A stretch of DNA of 64,000 nt from a virus. The stretch is from the IMG/VR virus record IMGVR_UViG_3300009034_002371, positions 18,762 through 82,761 of that record; one strand, given 5' to 3'. The position numbers were made by a program, and so were the translations under genes. Below the pieces are notes generated by a model. That model saw only the letters and a program-made list of their open reading frames with translations, had not been told where the DNA came from and ran no database searches. Within the stretch, counting starts at the first letter, position 1, and each line of letters begins with the position of its first letter. This document shows, piece after piece, positions 9,501 through 19,090 of the stretch.

Positions 9501-10168
9501 TGCGGAATCTTATCCTCCTGGGGGCTAGTGGTAACGCCCGGGAGATACTTGACGTTGTTGATAGTATCAATAAACTGGCTTCCAAGCCTGTTTACAAATG
9601 CCTTGGTTTTCTTGACGATAACAACTCTCTCCATGGTGAAAAAGTTTGTGGTATCCCAGTTTTGGGACCCATAGTAGCTGCACAAGATTTTCCAGATGCT
9701 CATTTTGTAAATGCCATTGGAAGTGTTTCTACTTTTCTGCAACGAGAGTCCATTATTGAAGCTACTAGGATTCCCTTGGAAAGATTTGCTACGATAGTCC
9801 ACCCTCTAGCGAGTGTTTCCCGGACTGCCTATGTAGGGCGAGGGACCGTAGTTCTTCCTCATGTATTCATAGGTTCCGATGCTAGAGTAGGAGATCATGT
9901 TCTTATATTGTCCGGCTCTGCTGTAAATCATGATGTGGTAGTCGGAGATTGTACATGTATTACAAGTGGTGCGTGTATCTCGGGCAAGGTAAAGATAGGC
10001 AGGTTGTGTTACTTGGGGACAAACTGCTCCCTCATAGGAAGTATCACTGTTAATGATTATGTGCTCATTGGTATGGGTAGTGTTGTACTTAAGGATGTTC
10101 CAAGAGGTTGGGCTGTTGTGGGTAACCCCGCTAGGTTTTTGAGATATACTGTAAGGGAGGAGATATGA
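9500..10168 (+). CDS. NeuD/PglD-family sugar acetyltransferase (hexapeptide repeats)
   Basis: LILLGASGNAREI, GFLDD, IVHPLA, NHD, hexapeptide repeats, VVGNPAR. Confidence 0.9.
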   Translation: MRNLILLGASGNAREILDVVDSINKLASKPVYKCLGFLDDNNSLHGEKVCGIPVLGPIVAAQDFPDAHFVNAIGSVSTFLQRESIIEATRIPLERFATIVHPLASVSRTAYVGRGTVVLPHVFIGSDARVGDHVLILSGSAVNHDVVVGDCTCITSGACISGKVKIGRLCYLGTNCSLIGSITVNDYVLIGMGSVVLKDVPRGWAVVGNPARFLRYTVREEI

Positions 10169-11154
10169 ATATGGCGGAGAGGGTCAATGGTTGCGTTCTA
10201 ATTACGGGTGCCGCTGGGCATATCGGCTCATCTATAGCTAGGGCACTGTTGGACGAGCCAGTAGATCAATTGGTACTTCTGGACAACTTTACTAAGGGGA
10301 GACGCGAGGATATTGTAGATGTTGTACGAGATCCTCGGGTACAATGTGTTTCGGGAGATATAAAGGATTCTGGGCTGCTCCATAGGCTCTTTGAAGATGT
10401 AGACTATGTTTTCCATCTGGCTGCTCTGTGGATTCGACAATGTCAGGATTTTCCCTGTGCAGGGTTTGAGGTGAATATCAGGGGTACCTTTAATGTACTT
10501 GAAGCTGCTGCTGCCCAAGGGGTTAGGAGACTGGTGTTTGCATCAAGTTCTTCAGTTTACGGGACACCCGTTGAAACTCCAATAACGGAGGAACATCCAT
10601 ACAACCACAGAACCTTCTACGGCGCGTCAAAGGTTGCGGGGGAGCATTTATGTCGTGCTTTTAACGAGAAATACGGCTTGGATTATGTAGGGCTACGCTA
10701 CATGAACGTTTATGGTCCAGGTCAAAGTTTTACCGGTACTTATACAGCCGTGATATCAAAAATGCTGCAACGTATCGAACAGGGACAGCCTCTCATAATA
10801 TACGGTACCGGACTCCAATCGCGAGACTTTACATATATAGATGATGCTGTAGATGCAAGTATCCTTGCACTGAAACATGGGGAATCGACCGCTATTTATA
10901 ACGTTTGTACGGGTTCGGAAGTAACTGTAAAGGAACTGGCTGACCTTCTTCTGGAACTTACAGGCTCAGACGTGGGTACTGTACATGAAACTGAGGCGGA
11001 AGCCTTTTTGATTCGAAAAGTAGGTAGTACTGAGAAGGCAGAAAGGGGTTTAGGGTTCAAAGCGCAGGTACCTTTAAGGGAGGGACTGCAGCGCTTACTC
11101 CAATGGAGATCTAAACAGCGAGTGGAGGTGCCACATGAAAGTTCCGATAACTAG
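10165..11154 (+). CDS. NAD-dependent nucleotide-sugar epimerase/dehydratase (extended SDR)
   Basis: TGAAGHIGS, VFHLAA, ASSSSVYG, YGASK, RYMNVYGP, RDFTYIDD. Confidence 0.92.
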   Translation: MNMAERVNGCVLITGAAGHIGSSIARALLDEPVDQLVLLDNFTKGRREDIVDVVRDPRVQCVSGDIKDSGLLHRLFEDVDYVFHLAALWIRQCQDFPCAGFEVNIRGTFNVLEAAAAQGVRRLVFASSSSVYGTPVETPITEEHPYNHRTFYGASKVAGEHLCRAFNEKYGLDYVGLRYMNVYGPGQSFTGTYTAVISKMLQRIEQGQPLIIYGTGLQSRDFTYIDDAVDASILALKHGESTAIYNVCTGSEVTVKELADLLLELTGSDVGTVHETEAEAFLIRKVGSTEKAERGLGFKAQVPLREGLQRLLQWRSKQRVEVPHESSDN

Positions 11155-12286
11155 ACCGTTACTGTCAAAAGAGGAAGAGGAGGCTGTTGTCTCTGTGCTG
11201 CAGTCTGGATGGCTAGTTCAGGGAGCAAACGTCGAAGCCTTTGAGAAAGCTATTACTGAATATGTCGGTGGTGGATATGCTGTGGCAGTAAGTTCATGTA
11301 CTACAGCACTTCACCTAGCTCTGATTCTGGGGGGTATTTCAAAGGGTGATGAAGTACTTGTTCCAGCCTTCACGCACACTGCGTCAGCCAATGTTATCGA
11401 ATACCAGGGGGCCACGCCGGTGTTTGTAGATATCGATTTAAACACCTTTAACATGAGTACACGTGGCGTTGCAAAGTCTATTAGTAAGGACACGAAAGCA
11501 ATCATGCCTGTACATCTGTTCGGGTTGTGTGCTGATATGAGTAGTATTTTGAATTTGGCCTCTAGGTATGATCTATTTGTTGTTGAGGATGCTGCCTGTG
11601 CTCTGGGAAGCTCTCTTGCGTTTTCAAAGGATGAAGAGATCCGCTATGCGGGGACTATGGGAGTTGGCTGTTTCAGTTTCCACCCCCGCAAAGTTATTAC
11701 AACAGGTGAAGGGGGCATACTGCTTACAGATCATCCAGAGATGGCTAGTGCGGCTCGTAGTTTACGAGCTTTTGGAATGGCTGCTTCAACCTATAAGCGA
11801 CAGCAAGCTGAAACACCTGCTAATCCTACCTTTGAGAATCTAGGTTACAATTATCGCATGACAGATATCCAGGGAGCCATAGGTGTAGTGCAAATGCGGA
11901 GGTTGGAAGGTATCATTGCGAAAAGGCATATGTTAGCAGCCCGTTACAATGAAGCATTATCGCATGTCCCGGGTATTCAACTTCCTATCGAGCCCATAGG
12001 TTATAAACACATCTATCAGTCGTACGTTCTCCTAATTACAGAGGAGTTCCCGCTACCTAGAGATGAGGTTACTGAGAAGTTACACGGGCAAGGTGTTGCT
12101 ACAAGATCGGGAGCTGAGGCTGTTCCGATGCTAGCTTACTACTGTGAGAAGTATGGGTATACAGAGCAGGACTTCCCTAATGCTATAACTGCGGAAAAGT
12201 GTAGTTTGGTGCTACCGCTGTATCCCCAGATGACGGCCGAGGAGCAGGACTACGTTATAGAGGCTATATGGAGGCTTTCGTCATGA
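11135..12286 (+). CDS. DegT/DnrJ/EryC1/StrS sugar aminotransferase
   Basis: VSSCTTALHL, VEDAACALG, SFHPRKVITTGEGG, GYNYRMTD. Confidence 0.93.
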   Translation: MKVPITRPLLSKEEEEAVVSVLQSGWLVQGANVEAFEKAITEYVGGGYAVAVSSCTTALHLALILGGISKGDEVLVPAFTHTASANVIEYQGATPVFVDIDLNTFNMSTRGVAKSISKDTKAIMPVHLFGLCADMSSILNLASRYDLFVVEDAACALGSSLAFSKDEEIRYAGTMGVGCFSFHPRKVITTGEGGILLTDHPEMASAARSLRAFGMAASTYKRQQAETPANPTFENLGYNYRMTDIQGAIGVVQMRRLEGIIAKRHMLAARYNEALSHVPGIQLPIEPIGYKHIYQSYVLLITEEFPLPRDEVTEKLHGQGVATRSGAEAVPMLAYYCEKYGYTEQDFPNAITAEKCSLVLPLYPQMTAEEQDYVIEAIWRLSS

Positions 12287-13197
12287 CGATACCTGTGGGG
12301 CTTATAGGTTATGGGTATTGGGGGAAGATAGTTGCGAAGTACCTCGATGAGAATACTGACATAGATCTTAAGTGTATATGTAGTCTGGAGTATGAGATAG
12401 AAGACCGTTGGACTAAGGATCCCCTGCATATTTGGGCAGATGATAAAATTGAAGCCGTATTCATAGTAACTCCTATAGAAACTCACTATGGATTGGTTAA
12501 GGAAGCTCTACACCAGGGAAAGCACGTCTTTTGTGAAAAGCCTCTCACCATGAAAGCGGCACATGCGAGAGAGCTTAAAGAGCTTGCGGAAGCCGGTAAG
12601 CTTATGTTGGTAACAGATCTTACATATACCTTCTCCCCCGCTCTCGAACTAGCCAAGTTCTATTTAGAGTCGGGTCGCATAGGAGATCTTCACCATGTCG
12701 AGCTTGCCTTAAAGAAGATGGGCAATCACAGCGAGAAGGATGTACGTTGGGTGTTAGGACCTCATCTTCTTTCTATACTTGGGATGTTTCATCCTCTAGA
12801 GGACTTGCGATTCGATTGTAGTACCTATTTTAGTGTAGACGGCAGAGCGGAAGCTTGTTCTATAGCGCTTGAGGATGGTTGTATAACCGGGCGTATAGAT
12901 TTAAGTGCGAACTATCCCGAGAAGTGCAGGGAAGTTGTTCTGTATGGTAGTAAAGGTGCAATTATCTATCAGCCTGGAGGGAAGGAGTGGACGCTTCGAC
13001 TATTACAGTATTCTGCAGCTACCAGAACCTCTACCAAGATGCTATTACAGGATGTAACGGATATACACACAGATGAGCGTAATAATCTCCGTTATGCTGT
13101 TAAGTTTTTTACAGATGTTTTCTTTGGTCGTCAAGAGTCTAACATAGATGATGCTATACAGGTGACTAGTATACTGGAGCAGTTGGTACAGGAGTAA
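12283..13197 (+). CDS. Gfo/Idh/MocA oxidoreductase (WbpB/WlbA-like sugar 3-dehydrogenase by context)
   Basis: ATGA overlap start. IGYGYWG, TPIETH, GKHVFCEKP. Confidence 0.85.
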   Translation: MTIPVGLIGYGYWGKIVAKYLDENTDIDLKCICSLEYEIEDRWTKDPLHIWADDKIEAVFIVTPIETHYGLVKEALHQGKHVFCEKPLTMKAAHARELKELAEAGKLMLVTDLTYTFSPALELAKFYLESGRIGDLHHVELALKKMGNHSEKDVRWVLGPHLLSILGMFHPLEDLRFDCSTYFSVDGRAEACSIALEDGCITGRIDLSANYPEKCREVVLYGSKGAIIYQPGGKEWTLRLLQYSAATRTSTKMLLQDVTDIHTDERNNLRYAVKFFTDVFFGRQESNIDDAIQVTSILEQLVQE

Positions 13198-13204
13198 AAA
13201 GAGC

Positions 13205-13804
13205 GTGAGTGACTATTTCGTACACGAATCAGCATATGTTGAAGAGGGTGCTATCGTTGGTGAGGGAACAAAGGTATGGCATTTCAGTCATGTGATGAGT
13301 GGCGCCCAGATTGGTAATAACTGTTTACTTGGACAAAGTGTCTTTATCGATAAAAGGGCGAAGATAGGCAATAACGTAAAGATAATGAATAATGTTTCAG
13401 TTTATGATTTGGTAACAATTGAGGATAATGTATTCTGTGGGCCGTCGATGGTATTTACTAACGTCAAGAATCCTCGCGCGGAGATACAGAGGCGCCTGAG
13501 CGAGTACCTGCCTACTGTGGTAAAGCGCGGTGCTACTATAGGTGCTAATGCGACGGTTGTATGCGGAAATACTATCGGGCGGTATGCTTTCATAGGTGCA
13601 GGTTCTGTGGTGACTAAGGATATTCCTGATTATGCTGTGGCATATGGGAATCCGGCTCGTGTAGATGGATGGATGTGTGAATGTGGTGAGGAGCTAAATT
13701 TCACGCCCGAATATGCTATTGCTACATGTGTTAAATGTAACAAGAAGTATAAGAAACGTGTGCAGATTGTAGAACGCCATTGGGGTGATACGGAGAGGAG
13801 CTGA
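13205..13804 (+). CDS. wbpD: WbpD/WlbB-type nucleotide-sugar N-acetyltransferase
   Basis: YFVHESAYVEEGAIVGEGTKVWHFSHVMSGAQIG, FCGPSMVFTNVKNPR, GNPAR..GWMCECG plus a C-terminal CxxC. Confidence 0.85.
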   Translation: MSDYFVHESAYVEEGAIVGEGTKVWHFSHVMSGAQIGNNCLLGQSVFIDKRAKIGNNVKIMNNVSVYDLVTIEDNVFCGPSMVFTNVKNPRAEIQRRLSEYLPTVVKRGATIGANATVVCGNTIGRYAFIGAGSVVTKDIPDYAVAYGNPARVDGWMCECGEELNFTPEYAIATCVKCNKKYKKRVQIVERHWGDTERS

Positions 13805-13806
13805 GA

Positions 13807-14925
13807 ATGATTGTCCCTTTTGTAGATCTAAAAGCGCAATACTTATCGATCAAAGACGAGATCGATGCAGCTATACAGTCTGTGATAGACAATACGTCTT
13901 TCATTATGGGTGCGGATGTTTTCGAGTTCGAAAAGGAGTTTGCTGAATTCTGTGGTGCTAAATACGCAGTTGGTGTAGCCTCCGGTTCAGCTGCCCTAGA
14001 TCTAGCTTTAATAGCCTGTGGTATAAGACAAGGCGATGAGGTTATAACAACACCGAACACCTTTATAGCGACGGCTGAGGCTATTAGTCATGTGGGTGCT
14101 AAACCTGTTTTCATAGATATTGAAAACGTTAGCTATAATATGGATCCTGAACTGCTTGAAGCCGCTCTTACCCCCAGAACTAGAGCAGTTATTCCAGTCC
14201 ATCTGTTTGGACATCCCGTTGACATGGATCCCATAAGTGCTATTGCACATAGACACGATCTAGTAGTTATTGAGGACGCTGCACAGGCTCATGGGGCGGT
14301 ATATAAAAATCGTGTTGTTGGTACACTGGGGAGGGCGGCCTGTTTTAGTTTCTACCCAGCCAAGAACCTCGGCGCTTATGGCGATGCAGGGATGGTTGTA
14401 ACAAATGATGAGGGGATAGCTAGACGGGTGAAACTCCTTAGGAATCACGGACGTGTGGAGAAATACCGTTATGACATTGAAGGTTACGGTGCTCGATTGG
14501 ATACGATTCAAGCAGCTATATTACGTGTAAAGTTAAGGTATTTGGAGCAGTGGACGAGTGAACGCAGAGTGAACGCGCAGATATACAATAGCTGTTTGAA
14601 GGCTAACGGGTTAGGTATAGAGATACCTAAAGAGGCACACCGCTCAAAACATGTGTATCATCTCTATGTAATCAAAACTGATGAACGAGATAATTTACGT
14701 ACATCGCTAAGGGGCGCAAGTATTGCTACTGGGGTACACTATCCCATTCCCCTGCACCTGCAGCCCGCTTATAAGTACCTGGGTTATAAGGAGGGGGACT
14801 TTCCTGTAACGGAGGAACTAGCACAGAGGTGTCTTTCTTTGCCGATGTTTCCTGAGCTTACGGAAGAGAGCATTGTGTATGTTACTTCGTCTATGTTGCA
14901 ATTATTGGAAGGGAGACTTTCGTAG
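13807..14925 (+). CDS. DegT-family aminotransferase (WbpE/WlbC-like by context)
   Basis: VPFVDLKAQY, IEDAAQAHG, SFYPAKNLGAYGDAG, HVYHLYV, GVHYPIPLH. Confidence 0.92.
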   Translation: MIVPFVDLKAQYLSIKDEIDAAIQSVIDNTSFIMGADVFEFEKEFAEFCGAKYAVGVASGSAALDLALIACGIRQGDEVITTPNTFIATAEAISHVGAKPVFIDIENVSYNMDPELLEAALTPRTRAVIPVHLFGHPVDMDPISAIAHRHDLVVIEDAAQAHGAVYKNRVVGTLGRAACFSFYPAKNLGAYGDAGMVVTNDEGIARRVKLLRNHGRVEKYRYDIEGYGARLDTIQAAILRVKLRYLEQWTSERRVNAQIYNSCLKANGLGIEIPKEAHRSKHVYHLYVIKTDERDNLRTSLRGASIATGVHYPIPLHLQPAYKYLGYKEGDFPVTEELAQRCLSLPMFPELTEESIVYVTSSMLQLLEGRLS

Positions 14926-14927
14926 AT

Positions 14928-15863
14928 ATGAGAGTTTTGTTCTTATCTAGAATTGTGCCAAAGAAGGTAGAACATAGACCATCTAATTTTCAAAAACGTG
15001 TAAACCTTATGCCGTGTGAGATAATCCAATGTACTTCCCCGAGTGCTGTACATGAATATGCTGAAACTGCCGATGTTATATTGGTGAACTCTTGGAGCCA
15101 TGTTTCCTGGTTGTCGGAGGTTAGGTTCATTACTGACCTTCCTGCACTTACAGGAGCAATTTATGATCAGGTATGGGTACGGAAAGTAACAAGGAATACC
15201 CTACAGTTTGATGTACGTATTGGCTTCTATCGGGAGCTTATGCAGAGATTTGCTCCCCACTGGATGGAACAGTTTTTCTGGTCGCCGTACTGTGTGGATA
15301 TACGAGAGTATGGTACTCCGCGTGATATTGATACTCTGTTTTGGGGAAAATCTGGTAGCGGTCATAAGTTTCGAAACTTTGTGGATATGACTCTAAGGAA
15401 ATATTGTATTGGAGAGGGGGAAAAAGTAGATTCGCGTTTGACAATGCATGACATAGTGATTGGTGAACGGGAGTACAGACACGCACGACTTATGAGGAAA
15501 CCTCCTACTCCGTATCGTGGGGATCTGAATCTATATCCGCTAATAGGAAGAACTAAGATTTGTCCAACAGGTCCAGCACATAATGCTCCAGTTGCTAAGT
15601 TTTTCGAAAATGCTGCTTGTGGCGCTGTAAATTTGACTTGTGACTTTACCGATAGAGAGGCTCTAGGTTTCGAACATAAAAAGAACATCTGGATTACAGA
15701 TATGGGACACTTTACAGATGATCTTGTCTACCTACTGGAGCATGACGATATCCGAGAAGAGATCTCGAGGAATGCAAGAGAGCTTATAGAGACTCGACAT
15801 ACTCCAGCCATCCGTGCGCAGGAGTTATATGAGTTCTTGTGTAAACGCTCAGGGGTGGTGTAG
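14928..15863 (+). CDS. CgeB/Glyco_trans_1_2-type glycosyltransferase, paralog 5
   Basis: RDIDTLFWG, KFFENAACG, ISRNARELIETRHT. Confidence 0.8.
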   Translation: MRVLFLSRIVPKKVEHRPSNFQKRVNLMPCEIIQCTSPSAVHEYAETADVILVNSWSHVSWLSEVRFITDLPALTGAIYDQVWVRKVTRNTLQFDVRIGFYRELMQRFAPHWMEQFFWSPYCVDIREYGTPRDIDTLFWGKSGSGHKFRNFVDMTLRKYCIGEGEKVDSRLTMHDIVIGEREYRHARLMRKPPTPYRGDLNLYPLIGRTKICPTGPAHNAPVAKFFENAACGAVNLTCDFTDREALGFEHKKNIWITDMGHFTDDLVYLLEHDDIREEISRNARELIETRHTPAIRAQELYEFLCKRSGVV

Positions 15864-17826
15864 CTGTGAAGGTGTTATTTTGTACTACATTCAGAGCTCG
15901 GAGGACAAGACCTACAGCAAAGGCTCCTATGTTGGAGCGGCTACCATGTGAGTATGTAGAATGTGGTAGCTTGCGGCAGGTTGAGAAGCATATAGATACT
16001 GCAGATGTTGTATTGTTAGATTGGCGACCTGGCTGGGTCAAGTTTTGGAGGCAGCTTGATTTCCTTAACGATTTACCCGTGCTTGTAGGCCGGTTTCATG
16101 GTGATATATGGCAGAAGCTAGAGCGCCCTGCGGGAGATTTGAAATTTGATGTTCATCTATCTCCTTTTTTGGAGGGTGCACGACTTCTTGCACCTCATAT
16201 AAAGTTTATTGATTGGCTAGATAAGATGCATTGGGTTCCGGCCTGCGTAGACGTTCCAAAGTACCAAGTATCGAAAGATATCGATATCTTATTCTGGGGT
16301 AGCCTCTCGAGCCATGTGTATTCGTTTAGAAGTTTTGCAAGCAAGACTCTGAGGAAGATGATTGTTAAAGATTATAAAGTACCGGGCAGTGTACGTGCTT
16401 TTGATGTACGTATTGACGATCATATTTATAACTATTCATATCTGAGTTACTCACATAGTGACTATATAGGGGACAAGTTGTTTAAGTTACTATCTAGAGT
16501 TAAGATATGTCCGACGGGTCCAGCACTTATGTGTGGAGTTAGCTTACCCGTTGGAAAGTTTCTCGAAAATGCTGTTTGTGGTGCTGTGAATTTGACTTGT
16601 GACTTTACTGACAGGAAAGCTTTAGGTTTCGAACATAAAAAGAACATCTGGATCACAGATACAAAACGCTTTACAGATGATCTTGTCTACCTACTGGAGC
16701 ATGACGATATCCGAGAAGAGATCTCGAGGAATGCAAGAGAGCTTATAGAGACTCGACATACTCGGGATGTTAGAGCTCAGGAGCTGTATACGTTTCTGTG
16801 TGATAAAACAAGTAGCTCTCGTCCTGGTAAAAAGGTCTCTCAGAGTTTGCCAAAATTAGAGGAGTTGGTAGTTGTCTTTTCGTCTACGTATAATGGTAGC
16901 AGAGGACCCTATGCAACTCATGTACACGGTATGTTGGGACACCTTCCATGTAAGTTTGTAACCTGTACCTCGGTGGGTGCTGTTCGAAAACAGATTGAAG
17001 CAGGTGCTGGTGTTGTTATACTGGACAAAGGGCCCCGGTTTACTCCCGATTGGAATGGGCATACATTTCTTAACGAGTTACCGGTGTTTGTATCTAGAAT
17101 TTACAATGATACCTGGCATCCCGTAGAGCAAGATCCTGGTAACGTGCGGCTTGATGCTCTTTTTGTCCAGTATTTTGAATCGTCGAAACGGACTCGACCA
17201 GAGCTTGCAGATAAAATGGTTCAAGTTCCTCCTAGCGTGGATGTATATGATTTAGAGCCTGTTCGTGATATTGATATACTGTCCTGGGGGGGCATTAGCC
17301 AACATTATCGGCTTCGTAGGCTTATTCGTCAATGGCTACAAAAGCGAGTAGTTGGGGAGTTGGATATAGTTGATGAGTATTTAACGATCTACGAAGTTAA
17401 GCTTAATGGTAGGCGTTATAGATATGCACTTTTACATAAGTGCCGATCTGGTCTGTATACGGGGAAGAACTTGTTTAAGTTGATTGCACGTTCGAAAGTT
17501 TGTCCTACGGGTACCATGAACATCCGAAATTGTTACTATCCCCCGCTTGGTAAATACTTTGAAAATCCTGCAGCTGGGGCGGTTATGCTAAGTAACGAGT
17601 TTAGTGACAGGGAATCTCTGGGTTTTGAACATGGAAAGAATATCTGGATTTTAGAGGAAGGACAGTTTGTAGATAGTGTGGCTGAGGATTATTTTATAGA
17701 AAATCTCGTTTATCTGTTGGAACATGACGATATCCGAGAAGAGATCTCGAGGAATGCAAGAGAGCTTATAGAGACTCGACATACTCGGGATGTTAGAGCT
17801 CAGGAGCTGTATACGTTTCTGTGTGA
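15710..17826 (+). repeat. Three identical tracts at the 3' ends of GT domains
   Basis: 15710-15804 equals 16669-16763 (95 nt). 16700-16803 equals 17723-17826 (104 nt). Confidence 0.9.
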
Positions 17827-17845
17827 GGAGACGAGAAAGAGATAG
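15866..17845 (+). CDS. Tandem two-domain CgeB/Glyco_trans_1_2-type glycosyltransferase (domains 6 and 7)
   Basis: Two copies of DIDILxWG / GK[FY][LF]EN / ISRNARELIETRHTRDVRAQELY joined by a short linker. Confidence 0.85.
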   Translation: MKVLFCTTFRARRTRPTAKAPMLERLPCEYVECGSLRQVEKHIDTADVVLLDWRPGWVKFWRQLDFLNDLPVLVGRFHGDIWQKLERPAGDLKFDVHLSPFLEGARLLAPHIKFIDWLDKMHWVPACVDVPKYQVSKDIDILFWGSLSSHVYSFRSFASKTLRKMIVKDYKVPGSVRAFDVRIDDHIYNYSYLSYSHSDYIGDKLFKLLSRVKICPTGPALMCGVSLPVGKFLENAVCGAVNLTCDFTDRKALGFEHKKNIWITDTKRFTDDLVYLLEHDDIREEISRNARELIETRHTRDVRAQELYTFLCDKTSSSRPGKKVSQSLPKLEELVVVFSSTYNGSRGPYATHVHGMLGHLPCKFVTCTSVGAVRKQIEAGAGVVILDKGPRFTPDWNGHTFLNELPVFVSRIYNDTWHPVEQDPGNVRLDALFVQYFESSKRTRPELADKMVQVPPSVDVYDLEPVRDIDILSWGGISQHYRLRRLIRQWLQKRVVGELDIVDEYLTIYEVKLNGRRYRYALLHKCRSGLYTGKNLFKLIARSKVCPTGTMNIRNCYYPPLGKYFENPAAGAVMLSNEFSDRESLGFEHGKNIWILEEGQFVDSVAEDYFIENLVYLLEHDDIREEISRNARELIETRHTRDVRAQELYTFLCEETRKR

Positions 17846-17969
17846 TTTAGACTAGAGTGAATAGGGGAGATAACAATTCCGATGGATTGTTACTATGCTC
17901 ACGATATTGTCGAGCATTGTCATCGGTCAACTGCAGAAACACGGAGTTGTCTTCACTAAGTGACCAAAG

Positions 17970-17983
17970 TGTGTAATAATAAT
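17970..17983 (+). promoter_or_regulatory. TGTGTAATAATAAT intergenic motif, copy 2
   Basis: Identical to 1497-1510. Followed by the CGGAGAGGAG RBS and ATG 18004. Confidence 0.5.
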
Positions 17984-18003
17984 CGAGCGGAGAGGAGAGC
18001 ACA

Positions 18004-18408
18004 ATGATACAAATTAGGAAACATCCAGATGTTGAAGCAGCCCTGTATATATCGGGCTTGGATGTTAAATTACCTGCGGACCACTCGTGGGTAACTATAT
18101 CTAGTCGCTTCTCTGTCGATGAGATTGAAGGTTCGAAGAACCTTGAGGATGCCCTCAGGGTGAAATTCATTGAGATGCGAATTGACGGAGACTATAGCGA
18201 TGCTCCTAGTTGGTTTCTCGAATCGTACGCCGATGCTGTACGTGTCCCGGTTGAGGTTCTGGACGATAATGAGTTGACAGCTGTGCAAAAACTGGAGAGT
18301 CTTAAAGCGTCTGCTCATCCTATTATGTGGGCTATTATACGTTCAGAACTGTTTAATGTAGAGAGTGAAGGGCGAAATCGCCCTACCGTGCTTAATATGT
18401 TGCGATAG
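18004..18408 (+). CDS. Hypothetical phage protein
   Basis: Strong RBS. EGSKNLEDAL motif resembles ORFs 1552 and 1985. C-terminal ESEGRNRPTVL. Confidence 0.7.
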   Translation: MIQIRKHPDVEAALYISGLDVKLPADHSWVTISSRFSVDEIEGSKNLEDALRVKFIEMRIDGDYSDAPSWFLESYADAVRVPVEVLDDNELTAVQKLESLKASAHPIMWAIIRSELFNVESEGRNRPTVLNMLR

Positions 18409-18425
18409 GTGTGCGAGGTAGAGAT

Positions 18426-19052
18426 ATGAGGGAGTTTGATTACGACGCTGCATATTTTGAAAATATGTTGCATATGTATAGCGGGTCGGCCGGGAAGATT
18501 GCTGAGACCCGCTGGGACTTTGTTAAAGAAGCGGGGGCCCGTACAATTTTGGATTTTGGGTGTGGTTGTAACTTTATGACTATATTCGCTCCTGATGGAA
18601 CTGATGTGGATTCATACGATATAGGGCATATCGACGATAATCCATATCCGCAAACTGGTATACGCCGTGATCATTATGATTTGGTCCTTTTCCATGATGT
18701 GTTGGAGCATATTGACTGGGAGAATAATCCAGATGCGAAGATAGAGGAGATAGTCCAGAAGACACGGTGGATATCTGTAACTGTTCCTATGTTACCCGAT
18801 GGACAGCCACTAGAGGAATGGAAGCACTATAAGCCAGGTGAACACCTGACTTACTTTACGGGAGAATCTCTCGACAAGTTTTTTGAGGAGCGTGGGTTCG
18901 TGAAAGCAAAAAGTGGGTATCCGGAATGCCCACCACGTATAGATATTTTGTCGGTGCTTTATAGGAGGGAGGATGAACCTCTTCGGGCATCACAATCCTC
19001 AGCTACTTCGACGTCTAGTATTCCTGAAACTAGAAAAGTATCTGAGGTGTGA
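18426..19052 (+). CDS. Class I SAM-dependent methyltransferase with Ser/Thr-rich tail
   Basis: ILDFGCG, YDLVLFHDVLEHI, EHLTYFT. GAGGT SD precedes ATG 18426. Confidence 0.8.
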   Translation: MREFDYDAAYFENMLHMYSGSAGKIAETRWDFVKEAGARTILDFGCGCNFMTIFAPDGTDVDSYDIGHIDDNPYPQTGIRRDHYDLVLFHDVLEHIDWENNPDAKIEEIVQKTRWISVTVPMLPDGQPLEEWKHYKPGEHLTYFTGESLDKFFEERGFVKAKSGYPECPPRIDILSVLYRREDEPLRASQSSATSTSSIPETRKVSEV

Positions 19053-19090
19053 AGTAAGAGCGGAGGCAAATAACGCTCAAGGAGGCGTAA

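Noticed and set aside
15710-17826. Diversity-generating retroelement template/variable repeat pair
   Set aside because: The copies are identical rather than differing at adenines, all lie inside coding regions, and no reverse transcriptase is in the window.
17856-17957. tRNA, SAM-I riboswitch or hammerhead identity for the four-way junction
   Set aside because: It has no T-loop/D-loop consensus, lacks the SAM-I conserved core, and has no CUGAUGA...GAAA pair on either strand. It is kept only as an unclassified candidate.
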